Shown: positions 49,021 to 62,868, counted from the first letter of the whole stretch. The stretch: 63,996 bases of DNA, filler included, from Welwitschia mirabilis (GCA_051453625.1; 7 parts of one record of this genome joined end to end with filler, not necessarily neighbours in it); one strand, 5' to 3'. The notes: a model not told the origin generated them from the letters alone. Made by a program: numbers and translations.

Positions 49021-50470
49021 AGTATGACGGAACTACTTGTATGTGCCTCAAAATTAAGGGTAAAAGTCTATCAAATGGATGTAAAATCAACATTTTTACA
49101 TGGCGNNNNNNNNNNNNNNNNNNNNNNNNNNNNNNNNNNNNNNNNNNNNNNNNNNNNNNNNNNNNNNNNNNNNNNNNNNNNNNNNNNNNNNNNNNNNNNN
49201 NNNNNTGCAAAACTCAATCTCATCTGCACACAATATGTAACAATTTGCACTACACCAGAGAAATTAGTTTGACATCAATTGGCAAATATAACCTAACATG
49301 TATGAGGGAACTACTTGTATGTGCCTCAAAATTAAGGGTAAAAGTCTATCAAATGGATGTGAAGTCAACATTTTTACATGGCGATCTTGAAGAGGAAGTG
49401 TATGTAAAGTAACTTGAAAGCTTTATAATTCCTAACAAAGACAATCACGTATATTTACTAAATAATGTTTTATATGATTTAAAGCAAGCCATAAGAGCTT
49501 GATATTTTAGGTTATATAATCTCCTCGCAAGGTAATGTTATGTGAAATTGATGCTAAGAATACCATATATAAGAGAGGGAAAAAAAAACACAGTAATTGT
49601 TACTATTAATTTATGTTAATGATGTGGCTTTTATTCGTACATGTGATGCCATGATCAAGCAGTTTTAAAATTCTATGATAAATGAGATTGACATGATTGA
49701 CTTGAAGAGTTATCATACTACCTTGATATTAAGAAAATTCAAATCAAGGAGGGAATACATTTGTTATAAAACATCTATATTTAAAGTGTTTGTGTAAGTT
49801 TGACATACAAGTAATTCTTTGTCTTCTAATATAAAACTCATGGAAGACATAAATGTTAAGGATGTTGGTTAATATAATTATAGATCCATAATTTGAGATT
49901 TAATGTCTCTCAATACCACTAGATCTAACATTTAGCATGAAATAAATCTAGTATCTAGATTTATGACAAGTCCCAAAAAGTCCCGTCTTCAAGGTGCTAA
50001 AAACATTTTAAGATATATTAAAGAAACTATACCCTTTGGTCTTGTATATGAATAGGTTAAAAGTTTAGAGTATCTTAATAGTAGAAGTGATAATGTCATA
50101 TTAATGGGTTATAGTCTCTTTTCATTTTGTAGCAAAAGGCAAAGTTGTCTTACCCTTTTAAGTGTAGAAGTATATGGCTGCTTATCTAGCCTTATAATAA
50201 ATTTGATTGCTAGAGTAGTTATTTAAGGAGTTTTCTATTATCTTAAGCAAACTTCTTCAATTATTGTATGATAGAAAATTAGTGATTGTCATTTCTAAAA
50301 ATTGAATTTATCATTTAAGGTTAAGATATATTAATATCAAATGTCATCTCATAAGGGAGTTAGTTGAAGATGGCTTGATTACATTACAATAATGCCCAAC
50401 TAATCCTCAACTTTTTGATTTATTTACAAAACCACTTGAGAAGGCAAGGTTCATGAATTTAAGGAATGAT
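49021..50470 (+). mobile_element. Older Ty1/copia RT-RNase H fragment into which the Sirevirus inserted
   Basis: VKVYQMDVKSTFLHGDLEEEVYV starts immediately after the LTR-terminal CA; later YDLKQA, SRFMTSPKKSRLQGAKNILRYIK and INIKCHLIRELV...DLFTKPL. Confidence 0.88.
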
Positions 50471-53400
50471 CCCTTCATCCTTGTTATTTTAGTTAATGGG
50501 GATAAAACTTAGTGCAATTCCTAATGACCATGGTTGTTGCAACACATCACATCCAAATTGTGGTTGTTTCTTTAATTAATCTTAAAATGTGAAAAATTTT
50601 TGTCATTCTATCCATCCATCTCATTATGTATAACTAAATTTCTAAGGGGAAGATATGTTTAAATTTTAAGTAATATTTTTAAACATTTCTCATTGAAAAT
50701 TAAAATAAAAAATATTTTAAATAGTTGAGTTACAGTGATGAAATATGAGAGGCCATAGGTTTAAATGTCCATATGTAAACAATAAAAAAAAAAAAATAAA
50801 TTGATTTTTTTAATCTTGAAGTTGTGGTTATGGAAACAATCAAAATTTCATCGGTATAATGTTTCATAAAGATGCCACCCTTAAGAAGAGACATGAAGCT
50901 AATGAAATTGGATGTATGAAAAAAAATTTAACCAATAATTCAGTGTATAATACTTAATGAGAAAAAGTTAGAAAAATCTAACTCAAAGACTAATTAATTG
51001 TAATTTTGATCATAAGAAGATAAAAGGCGTAAGCCGTCATTATGAAGAAGAGAGTTTTTTTTTTTAAGAGAAAAACTTTCTTAGTTATTTTTTGTGTGGA
51101 AAATTACCTAAGTAACATTCTTGTAGTTTCTTTGGCTATTGTTCTCATTTAAATTCCAAATTTCTAATTATAATCTAATGTATACTTATTAATATATATA
51201 TATCAAGTGTAAATATAAATTATTATTGAAGTAGTTTGGTTGTAGTTAATAAAACTTAAATTTTTAATTTACTTTCTTTTGTTTATTTAATATATATTAG
51301 TTGCATTTACCCTATTATTTACTTTATTTTAGTTACTTATTATCGATTTAAAGTAACTATATACTTAAATGACCTTTAGTCATTATAATAATGACCATTG
51401 ACAATTTGTTAATATTTATTATATCATCATAAATTTTTGATTAATGATTATTAATGATTGTTTTCTAATAAAAGAAAATGAATATTATGATTTTTCATTT
51501 CATTATTCAAATTAGATGAGGATTTGTAATAAAATTTTTAAGTTTTAAATTAAATTTAAGTTATGGCAAAAGGAAACAATTCAAAGATTAAAAGTGCTGT
51601 CAAAAATCATTTTTTAAAGAAGAAAATTTAAGCTTACACTTACTAAGTCATTATGTTTTTTTCGAATGCAAATCTTAAATTTTGCAGTAATTGACTTTAG
51701 AAGTCATGAATTAAATATATAATTTACTTCTTTTCTTTTATTGCATTAAAACTCTAATGTTTTTATGCTTTCAAAAACATATTTTGAAAACTTGCATTGA
51801 AACCCCTTTGTAATTGTAGTGGAAGCTTTAATGGAAATTCCTTGAGAATCATGCATACAGAAAATTACATTATAATATCTACTAATACTAAGAAATTCCA
51901 CGCTAATTTATATTTCAAACAAATCAAATGTATTTAGAAAGCATATAAAGAATTTGAGAAAAAAAGATAACAACTATGGAAAATGTTACTAGGGGCAATA
52001 AGCTTGAAATAAGCAGGCTTACTACAAGATGTTAATTAAACTAGTAAGACATACAACCAAAAGCTCATAATAAGAAACAAATATTCTTAGTGCAAAATTA
52101 AAGATTATGCATAACTAATATCCTTAAAAATATAAAATAAAATAAATACATACTTTGTTACAACTATAACTCTATTTTTAAAAAAGTTGAAGCATACACA
52201 TTATTTTGTATGTGACATTCATATGTTAAATATTAATAAATTAAATTAATAAAAATCAATTCTTAGGCTAGTTTTAAGAGGCTACCAAATCACAAATGAT
52301 TAAGAAGAGAGATAATAATGAAAAATAATCTTAACTAATTATTTATTGATTGGATCTAGTCATTAAATATTAGATGCAAATAATAAAAAGAGCCAAGTTT
52401 TTTTAGGATACATGAGAATAGAAGACTTAATATTTCTAACACCTGCACTTGATGTAAAATTTAAATGTTAATATCAAACTTAACCTCATAAGTGGTATTA
52501 TATAATTCAATAATAATAAAAAGACATTAGGCAATTTAACATAAAATAGAAACCTCTTGAAATAAACTAGGAAAAATAGCCAGGAACATCTTAAAAGCTA
52601 GCATCAACTTGGAAGAATTTCTTACGATATTACAAATATTTAAAAACTAAAAAGTACAACATCCTCTTAAGATGTTAGTGCTTCTTTAACTTTCTATTCC
52701 ATGTTCCACTAAGAGAGCTTACTTCTGTGGCTTGGCTGTTAAGTAGATATTTTGCACAATCAAAATAGTTTATCTATAGATGATTGGATTATTATAATAG
52801 TAAAAAAATGTATATTTATTATTTTGGGATCTTCTTTTCTTTTCAATAAGATCTTTACCAATGGCTTCTTTATGATCCATCTTTTTGTATTTATTAATTA
52901 TTACATTAGTCATTTCTTTAAATAAAAGAAAAACATTTTTCAATATAAACACAATGGGATCAAATTTTGATGGAAAACTGTTGAGCAAGATAACTTTAGA
53001 ATCATTGTTGTGATGCCAACTTGATCTATTTAATACACTTATGAAGTACATTTTTAGGTCCTATTGACAAGTTTTTCTAGGAATTTATGCAAATTATACA
53101 AACCTTTCATGCAGGTCAAAAGATACAATAATTTCCCAAATAAGAAGCCATTTTTGAATGATGAAAAACCAAAGNNNNNNNNNNNNNNNNNNNNNNNNNN
53201 NNNNNNNNNNNNNNNNNNNNNNNNNNNNNNNNNNNNNNNNNNNNNNNNNNNNNNNNNNNNNNNNNNNNNNNNNNNNNNNNNNNNNNNNNNNNNNNNNNNN
53301 NNNNNNNNNNNNNNNNNNNNNNNNNNNNNNNNNNNNNNNNNNNNNNNNNNNNNNNNNNNNNNNNNNNNNNNNNNNNNNNNNNNNNNNNNNNNNNNNNNNN

Positions 53401-54210
53401 NNNNNNNNNNNNNNNNNNNNNNNNNNNNNNNNNNNNNNNNNNNNNNNNNNNNNNNNNNNNNNNNNNNNNNNNNNNNNNNNNNNNNNNNNNNNNNNNNNNN
53501 NNNNNNNNNNNNNNNNNNNNNNNNNNNNNNNNNNNNNNNNNNNNNNNNNNNNNNNNNNNNNNNNNNNNNNNNNNNNNNNNNNNNNNNNNNNNNNNNNNNN
53601 NNNNNNNNNNNNNNNNNNNNNNNNNNNNNNNNNNNNNNNNNNNNNNNNNNNNNNNNNNNNNNNNNNNNNNNNNNNNNNNNNNNNNNNNNNNNNNNNNNNN
53701 NNNNNNNNNNNNNNNNNNNNNNNNNNNNNNNNNNNNNNNNNNNNNNNNNNNNTGTTGTGATGATAAGAAAGGAGAGGATAGTCAGAAAAGTATGGTCATC
53801 CTCTGTGTCATGGGAATGATAATCAGGATGTGAGTCAACATTTTTGACATGTGCTAAGCATTAGTTAGCAGATGGGGTATCATCATCTATGTCATGGGGA
53901 CAACACGATGGATGACAGTCAAAATTATTTATAAACTTAATTAAATTATTACGAAAAGGTATATCTAACTTGCACCTCTTTGTTTCAAACCCTTTAGCAA
54001 CCTATCCCAACCTATAAATAGATCCTTTCAGAGCCTATTTAAAATAATCTTTTATCATCTACATTCCTATGATGATTGGAGATTGTTGGAGGTAAGAAGA
54101 TCCATCCTACTTGTAAGAAGGATCATCTTGGTGCTAGGCAATGAATCTTTCATTGAGGAGTTATCGNNNNNNNNNNNNNNNNNNNNNNNNNNNNNNNNNN
54201 NNNNNNNNNN

Positions 54211-54222
54211 TTAATTAATTAA
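54211..54222. other. Synthetic contig linker
   Basis: 44N-TTAATTAATTAA-44N. Confidence 0.97.
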
Positions 54223-54664
54223 NNNNNNNNNNNNNNNNNNNNNNNNNNNNNNNNNNNNNNNNNNNNGCAATTTCTAGTGCTGAGTTATTTTACAAAACAA
54301 GTTTTGCAACTATCCTTGCTGATGTTAGGGTTAATGGCATTACATCTTGGCTAAGAAAATATACTGTACTCATTTAATATTTTAAGTGACAGTGTACTCT
54401 TTGTTGAGAATTTTTGAAACATTGAAACCATGCAAGACTTGTGTTTTGGATAATTGTTAAATGTGAAGATTACCCTTTTCTATCCATAGATGCACTTATT
54501 TTGTTCACAAATGTAACTCATAGGTGTTGATGAACCCAATCTCCCACTTTGAAGTTTTCTTTTAAAAATTTTATTTTCTTCTTATAAGGATGGTTTTCAT
54601 TTTGGGATAATTTATAATAGTTCCATTCCTTTGTGCTGCTTATATCCATTATAGCACATTATAG

Positions 54665-54766
54665 ATTGATGCTCATGTTGGCAATGTAAATGATATTACA
54701 TTTTTCGAGAATAATTCTAGTCGTTCATTTGTTCTGGTTACAAGTGGAGATGTATATTTGATTATG
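54665..54766 (+). pseudogene. Isolated, diverged exon of a TOPLESS/TPR-like WD40 gene
   Basis: TATAG|ATT...ATG|GT, 102 nt, phase 0/0. Translates IDAHVGNVNDITFFENNSSRSFVLVTSGDVYLIM versus recalled TOPLESS IDAHVGGVNDIAF..PNKQLCVITCGDDKTIK. No neighbouring TPL exons recognised. Confidence 0.7.
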
Positions 54767-56349
54767 GTGATTCTAATCTCAGGCATACTAATATGTCTGT
54801 ATGTTAATGTTGTATCTATGTTTATGATGTAATGTTAGATTTNNNNNNNNNNNNNNNNNNNNNNNNNNNNNNNNNNNNNNNNNNNNNNNNNNNNNNNNNN
54901 NNNNNNNNNNNNNNNNNNNNNNNNNNNNNNNNNNNNNNNNNNNNNNNNNNNNNNNNNNNNNNNNNNNNNNNNNNNNNNNNNNNNNNNNNNNNNNNNNNNN
55001 NNNNNNNNNNNNNNNNNNNNNNNNNNNNNNNNNNNNNNNNNNNNNNNNNNNNNNNNNNNNNNNNNNNNNNNNNNNNNNNNNNNNNNNNNNNNNNNNNNNN
55101 NNNNNNNNNNNNNNNNNNNNNNNNNNNNNNNNNNNNNNNNNNNNNNNNNNNNNNNNNNNNNNNNNNNNNNNNNNNNNNNNNNNNNNNNNNNNNNNNNNNN
55201 NNNNNNNNNNNNNNNNNNNNNNNNNNNNNNNNNNNNNNNNNNNNNNNNNNNNNNNNNNNNNNNNNNNNNNNNNNNNNNNNNNNNNNNTTTAAACTATTTA
55301 CACTAGTTTCACAATTCCATGGAACATGCAATTAATTTTGGTTGCACAGAATTTAGACTATTATTTGTCATATCCCATGAAACATGTAAACAATCGGTCT
55401 TTCACTATTTCTGAATATGCAAAGTAGATTTCAGTTTTGGTTACCCATACTTTATTAGTTATTATTCTTTAAACTATAGATTGTTTAAGGTTTGTAGAAT
55501 TTGAACCCACAACTTTAGGAATACCATACTTTAACACTTCAAACTCTTAGAAACCTATGTTTCTTGTATAATCTTTGTATAATTAATTTATAAGGAAAGA
55601 TCCTTATGAAATCTTAACCATGTTAGTTAGCTTAGTCCTCTTATTTGTCAAATATTATCAATTTATATACAAACCATAGATGATCATCATTCTAGAAACT
55701 TTATGGGTATCGATGAAACATTTCTAATTTATTCAAATCAAGCATATTCTAGAATTTTGTGAATCAGAGGAATCTTATATGATAAAATTTTTATTTTTTG
55801 ACACCTCTTAGAACTGGTTCACCATGATTGAATTTCCATAGTCATCTTCTTGTGTAGGATTCTTGGAAAATAGAGGAACTATCAAGGTTACCCACCTAGG
55901 CTTTCCTGAAGAGATGTTTAGTTCTCTTGTGGAGATAGGATTGTGTAATGTGTCCCAAGCTGAGATCGCAATGAAGTAGTCCATTGTTATTTCCTTTTTT
56001 TTCCAAGGTTTTTCTAAGAAATTTTTAGGNNNNNNNNNNNNNNNNNNNNNNNNNNNNNNNNNNNNNNNNNTTTTTTGGTTTTTTTATATGAAGTATATAA
56101 TACCCTCAGATTATATGGAGGGCTGCTGCTTATAACCTAGATGCTTTGTTAAATGCTGGGCTGTATTTTTTGAATTCTGGCTATTTTCAACTTCTGTTAT
56201 GCTCTTCTGAGTCTTTGTATGAGTTGGTCCTTTTAGCGTTACAGTAATGAAATTTTATAATCTTTCATTCAAAAAAAAAATGTTTTACCATATTCTTAAT
56301 GGTAACTATAATTTAAAGTTGAATGAAATAAAGGTATTTTATCCTGCAG

Positions 56350-56586
56350 CTGTGCCTACGATCAGTAAGGACCATTGGTGAAATCCCCCTCTGCAATAGA
56401 TGGCATTTTGGGATTCGATTCAGGAGCCATTATTCTCCCTTCTCAATGGGCAAGGCAAAGAATTATTAAGAATATGATTGACCACTGTATTTCTAACAAA
56501 GGAAGAGATGGAGGATACATGTTCTTTGGTGATGACCTCCTTCCCTCAAGCATGACTTGGGTTTCAATGCTTGACAAGCCAAATAT
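56350..56586 (+). pseudogene. Exon of an A1 aspartic protease (APCB1/Asp1/nucellin-like) with premature stop
   Basis: CTGCAG|C...AT|GTGAGT, 237 nt, phase 2/2. Translates CAYDQ*GPLVKSPSAIDGILGFDSGAIILPSQWARQRIIKNMIDHCISNKGRDGGYMFFGDDLLPSSMTWVSML. TAA at 56366-56368 replaces the Q of GCAYDQQG. Confidence 0.88.
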
Positions 56587-57898
56587 GTGAGTTATTTGTT
56601 TCTTTTTGTGGGTCTTTTTGCTTGCCTACAAATGTTACAATGCTTAAGATAATTATATTTTTCTTAAATAAGTTTCTAATAACATTCAAAAAATTGTGAG
56701 AGTAAGAATGGATGTATAATTTAAACATATTCTTCTTAAGAACTATGTAGCAGTTGAATCACCTCAACAATGTATTTTTTGTTTATAAAACATGAGGAAT
56801 ATTTGTTAGAGAGTATTTAGAATATGACATTCCTTTACTTAGTCTAGTATCATTTATGTTTTGATGTATAATTTAACAATAGTGCATTCTGTAGATGTTC
56901 AATACCAAAATATGATAAAANNNNNNNNNNNNNNNNNNNNNNNNNNNNNNNNNNNNNNNNNNNNNNNNNNNNNNNNNNNNNNNNNNNNNNNNNNNNNNNN
57001 NNNNNNNNNNNNNNNNNNNNNNNNNNNNNNNNNNNNNNNNNNNNNNNNNNNNNNNNNNNNNNNNNNNNNNNNNNNNNNNNNNNNNNNNNNNNNNNNNNNN
57101 NNNNNNNNNNNNNNNNNNNNNNNNNNNNNNNNNNNNNNNNNNNNNNNNNNNNNNNNNNNNNNNNNNNNNNNNNNNNNNNNNNNNNNNNNNNNNNNNNNNN
57201 NNNNNNNNNNNNNNNNNNNNNNNNNNNNNNNNNNNNNNNNNNNNNNNNNNNNNNNNNNNNNNNNNNNNNNNNNNNNNNNNNNNNNNNNNNNNNNNNNNNN
57301 NNNNNNNNNNNNNNNNNNNNNNNNNNNNNNNNNNNNNNNNNNNNNNNNNNNNNNNNNNNNNNNNNNNNNNNNNNNNNNNNNNNNNNNNNNNNNNNNNNNN
57401 NNNNNNNNNNNNNNNNNNNNNNNNNNNNNNNNNNNNNNNNNNNNNNNNNNNNNNNNNNNNNNNNNNNNNNNNNNNNNNNNNNNNNNNNNNNNNNNNNNNN
57501 NNNNNNNNNNNNNNNNNNNNNNNNNNNNNNNNNNNNNNNNNNNNNNNNNNNNNNNNNNNNNNNNNNNNNNNNNNNNNNNNNNNNNNNNNNNNNNNNNNNN
57601 NNNNNNNNNNNNNNNNNNNNNNNNNNNNNNNNNNNNNNNNNNNNNNNNNNNNNNNNNNNNNNNNNNNNNNNNNNNNNNNNNNNNNNNNNNNNNNNNNNNN
57701 NNNNNNNNNNNNNNNNNNNNNNNNNNNNNNNNNNNATAACCTAATCTTCTTTTACAATTATTTTATTGTCTGGGTCTACCGATGCAGAATGACAAGGGAT
57801 CTTAGCCATATCTACTTTCCATTTTTTAGAAGAATTATTTAATGTAGATGAATATGATATATGAATGGACATTCAAGATAAAATGGAGATGAACATGA

Positions 57899-58403
57899 GA
57901 AATAGAAAAAATTTCCTGGGAGAATGGTGATGCCATTGCATACAGAGGATTTATGAAAAAGTTTCATGCATGCACTGAATAATCTGAAAACGCCTGTTAA
58001 AGATTTTGCTGAAGATCAAACCTCTCAGTATATGCAAGAATCCATTTTAATTTTATGCATGTAAGAGCCCAACAAACCCTGCCATGCGCAGGCATCCAGA
58101 ATAATGCTGCAAGAAAGACTCGCTACACTGCTGCCACACGCTTGTAGAAAACTGATGGCCTTCCTCAAAAACCATGCTTGGATCTGCTTAGTCTTCTCAC
58201 CTGAAACAAGTCTGCAATGACCAAAACCAACGAAACTGATCCTCCGAGTGCTTCGAAACTGTCCCAAAGTAAACTCCTCTACCCTAATTCTTTGCTTGCA
58301 GGGCAGATCGCCTCATTGCATAATGGCTTCCACATAAAGATATGGAGCTTGTGAACCAATTACACTTCCTATATTAAGAGTTCAAGACATTAGTAGTGGC
58401 CAG
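57899..58403 (+). pseudogene. Possible decayed exon of an unidentified host gene
   Basis: GC-richer island. Protein-like frame ISWENGDAIAYRGF...SNLSVYARIHFNFMHVRAQQTLPCAG...DGLPQKPCLDLLSLL...HNGFHI then, after a frameshift, RYGACEPITLPILRVQDISSGQ|GT. Five in-frame stops; family not identified. Confidence 0.35.
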
Positions 58404-58669
58404 GTTTGGGCTAAATTCCTTTTTATCATTTTTTTTAATTTACATCATAACCATTGTAATTATAGACTTAATTTTATTATATTAGAAATTATAAATGAAG
58501 TAGTTTTGGGGTTCCTTACAACATCAGTGTTTTCATTGATTTTATGCTTATCGATTGTGTTTCTTCTTCGAACTAGTGTCATTTGAATTCTTATTAAAAA
58601 ATAGAGGTTACCTTAAACTTTTAAAACATAAGAAATGTAATTTAAACCACTAAATTTAAAACATATGTA

Positions 58670-60050
58670 ATACATATTTATAATGTTATATTATAGTATT
58701 TTATATTATATTAAGTATGATATAACATTATCTTACCTTGTGTTATATTATAAAATATTATATCATAATAATGCTATATTACATAATATTGTNNNNNNNN
58801 NNNNNNNNNNNNNNNNNNNNNNNNNNNNNNNNNNNNNNNNNNNNNNNNNNNNNNNNNNNNNNNNNNNNNNNNNNNNNNNNNNNNNNNNNNNNNNNNNNNN
58901 NNNNNATTACATAATAATATAATTGTAGTATATATGGTATATTTTATTATATTACATTGCATAAAAAATATATTATATTGCATATGTATTGTATTATATT
59001 ATATCACATAAGAAGTGTAACATCATATTATTTTATAATAGGTTATTCCATAAGCATAAGATTACACACATTATAATATATTATACTTTTTATTATTATA
59101 TTATGATGATATTATATTATATCATGATTATATTGTTTTACATTTTATAATGTATGGCAAGCATAATGTATTATTTTGCATATATTCCATAACATATTTT
59201 ATTATGTTATTTTATATGCATAGATATTAAATTGTATTATTATTATAATATGTTAGATTATATTTTGTATCATATATTATACTATATCATATTAAATCAT
59301 ATNNNNNNNNNNNNNNNNNNNNNNNNNNNNNNNNNNNNNNNNNNNNNNNNNNNNNNNNNNNNNNNNNNNNNNNNNNNNNNNNNNNNNNNNNNNNNNNNNN
59401 NNTATTATACTAGAATATATCTTATTAGATTCCTTATATTACATTCAAATCATATCATGTTGTATAATAGTATATTATATAATGTAATGCATATTATACT
59501 GTATTACACCATTGTAATACCTTCTATTACATTATAATATATTGTTTTGTAATTATATTGCGTTACATAAGTATTAAATTGACTATGATTATGAAATATT
59601 ATATTATATTGTATTATATTATGTATTGTGTTTTACATAATATTAAATTATATTATTGTATCATGTATTATGCTATATCATATTAAATCATATTCTTGTA
59701 ATATATATTATATTACCTTATATTAAATTATGTTATTGTATAGGGACTTTTTGCTTAATATTATATGGTATTAAATTATGACATCTCATGTGCATAATAT
59801 TATGTTATATTCTACTATAGAACATGCACAATAATATGATATTTTATACTATGTTACTTTACTATCTCATATTGTATACTATATCATATTTTATATTATA
59901 TACTATATTATATTACATTAGGTTACCTTATGTTATATTATACTCTATTAAATATTATATATTAATAATTACATTGCTTATATATTAAAGCACATGATAG
60001 GACATGCATAATAGTACTTTATATTATGTTAGCATTACTTGTATATACAT
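58670..60050. repeat. Extremely AT-rich low-complexity (TATTA/ATATT-like) degenerate repeat
   Basis: Near-continuous imperfect 5-mer periodicity with very few G/C. Confidence 0.85.
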
Positions 60051-60369
60051 TATAAAGGGAAACATGATGCATTTTCGAGTATAGGATAATGTTAGAAGTA
60101 AAGTCATGATAAGATAAATGTTTAGATAAAAAATTAAATATTTATGTTAACTCCTTAGGTAAAGATGTTATCATAGTTATTCTTTACCTTGTGTATTAAC
60201 AATATATCGTTAGTGATTTTTCTTTCTATGATGTAATTCCACTTAGAGGTAAATATATAGATATGTATACATGACATAATTTGACTAAGATTCTTTTTAT
60301 TATTTGTTAACATTGTGAGCAAGTTNNNNNNNNNNNNNNNNNNNNNNNNNNNNNNNNNNNNNNNNNNNN

Positions 60370-60381
60370 TTAATTAATTAA
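60370..60381. other. Synthetic contig linker
   Basis: 44N-TTAATTAATTAA-44N. Confidence 0.97.
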
Positions 60382-60425
60382 NNNNNNNNNNNNNNNNNNN
60401 NNNNNNNNNNNNNNNNNNNNNNNNN

Positions 60426-62868
60426 TATTATCTCTACAAAAAACAATATATCAAGTAGAAGAGGTAGATCAATAGGAGGCATTGCAGGTCTTATTCAAAA
60501 TTCCCTAAATCATATTACCAAACTTGAAAAGGTGGATCAATACAAATAATATATTTGGCTGAAAATTCATCACTGTTATGGCTATATTTATCTTACTATT
60601 TGTTATTTTACTTCCAAAGAATCATCTATTTATAACATCATAGGATTATCTAAAGATTTTTCTTTCCAACATCTAGAAGAAGATAGTGCAGATTTTTGAA
60701 TAAGAGAAGGTTTTCATTTGTGGAGATTTCAATGCTTAATTTGTACTAAAACAAATAGATCTTATATAATGACATCATCAAAATGGTAGAATAGATGTGG
60801 TTTCTAATTTAAAGTTGTCTTAACACTTTTCTAATAGAACTTTTAATATAGCTAGAAAAAATTTCTATAATGAACAAAGATGATGTATTTATTGACTTAA
60901 ACAGATTTCCTAAATCTTCAAATTTTACATTTATAGAGATCTAAGGAAATTCATGAATTGATTTCCTTATTTTTTCTTTTAAGAATGGACAATTTGTAAG
61001 GGATTTTAGAGTAAATCATGATTTGGTGAAATCATTCCATTATCATTTGGAATTTATAATAGAAATTACTTTAAATTTGCATAAGAATAACAAGTAAAAG
61101 AAGAAAAACCATAAGGGAAGAAGAGGATTGGAGATAAAAGAAGAATTTATATTGGTTGTACAAATTCTATAGGAATCTCAAAGACAAAATAAAATTTAAA
61201 GAAATTTTATTGAATGCNNNNNNNNNNAAAATTCAATGCATTTAAAATTTTTGGTTTGATGATGAATGCATAGATATGAGAAGAAATATTAAAATAAAAG
61301 ACAGAGATAAAAGGAAAGTAATAAGAAAAGATACAAAAGCCTTGTTAGAAGTAAAAAAGAGATAGTTATCAAAGATGAACAAGAACATTTCATTTGCATG
61401 ATCAAAAAGGATCATAAGAAATTTAAATTCTTTACGGTGTTAAGAATCCTTGACTATAAATTTTTCTTTTTTTGTAATATCTAATTTTTACAAAAATCTT
61501 TTTTTAGATGTAAATGAGAAAAGCTTTATCACTAATTATTAAAATCCTTTATAATTTATCTTTAAAGAAGTTTTGGCTAGCATTAGTAGATTAGCTAATA
61601 AAAATGTCATGGATTTAATCAATTTATAAGATGAGCTAATTAAGTGGGATGAAATAGATTAAATTTTTTAGTAACAAATGAATTGAGTTAGGAATGGGCA
61701 ATAAGCAAGATAATTTAGCTATTTAAGAAAGGAGATAAGAATGATTTAAATAATTATATAATGATAGTAGTAAGTAATGTTTTTATAAAGATTTTTAGCA
61801 TAGTTCTTAAATAGAAGGTTGCTAATTAGGCAAAGAAAAGAATATTAGAACAATCTGCCAAGTAGGTTTTCACCAACATCATTCTAGTATAAACCATTTG
61901 CTTGCACTAATGCATTGTATAGATTTTGGTAAAACTCCAAACAAAACAGTTTTTATCTATTCAATTAATTTTTTTAAATCTTATGATTCAAGGAATCATA
62001 TCAAATTATGGATGCAGCTCAATCATATTGGAATTCTTCTTGATCTTATTACTGTTATTCATAGATTATATGAAAAGATCATAATTGAAATAAAAGATGT
62101 TAATTGACAAAGATGTTTTAAATTTTTTTCTATGATAGGAGTAAAATAGGTTGCTATGTTGCTATGATATAATCATTGGCATTCCATTTTCTTCTTTATG
62201 CAGATGATGCAGCTTTGATTTCTACTTTGGAAACATGTATAAAAACATGCTTCAAAAATTAAAAAAAATTTATGAATCCTCTACTTTAATAGTAAATACC
62301 AAAACAACTAAATTAATGATTTGGAACACGAAAACACCTAATTTGATTTTAAATTCAATGGGAAGAAAATTAAAATAGTATAGGTTTTTCGATACTTAGG
62401 TATTTATTACTCTAATAACTATAGATGGAACAAATGCATTAAAAAGAGAATAGCAGGTGGAATTAAAGCTTTTTATGCTATAAAAAATAAATGTAGTTAA
62501 CTAGGGATTTGGGCTTAGCAAGTTCAAAAATAAGTTTTTGAATCAATCATGTATCCAACTATTTTGTATGGTTGCCTAGTTAAGGGGCCATTTATTAATG
62601 AAAGAAACTAAAAAAATATTGAGAAGTATAAAAGTTTTTCTTACTAGAGGAACTTAAGGTAAAGATTCAAACATTGTATTCTATGATGCTGTTAGAATGT
62701 GATCTTTTATCCATTAAAGCTAGAACCATGTGTCAGTTTTATTCTTACACTTTAAAATTAATGAAATTAGAGTAATTAAAATTTCCAAGAATAGTTTTTA
62801 AAGCTAAAAAAAAGAAAGGATAATATATTTAGGAAATGTAATGGCTAAAAAAGTGGAATATTTCTTGG
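60426..62868 (+). mobile_element. Decayed non-LTR retrotransposon, probably RTE-like (distinct from LINE A/B)
   Basis: Endonuclease GDFNA (~60722); RT RKGDKNDLNNY, QVGF...SSINHLLAL, INFFKSYDS, IGVK*GC, LLYADDAAL (YADD 62197-62208) and FRYLGI. Confidence 0.78.

Noticed and set aside
53754..54166. LTR-like segment with CCTATAAATAG
   Set aside because: Bounded by gaps, with no termini, PBS or PPT visible.
360..57739. Long ORFs in the track made mostly of X
   Set aside because: They only span N gaps and carry no coding evidence.
56366..58210. Premature stops repaired by U-to-C RNA editing
   Set aside because: Such editing is known for plant organelles, not nuclear mRNAs; C>T deamination produces the same stops throughout the TEs in this window.
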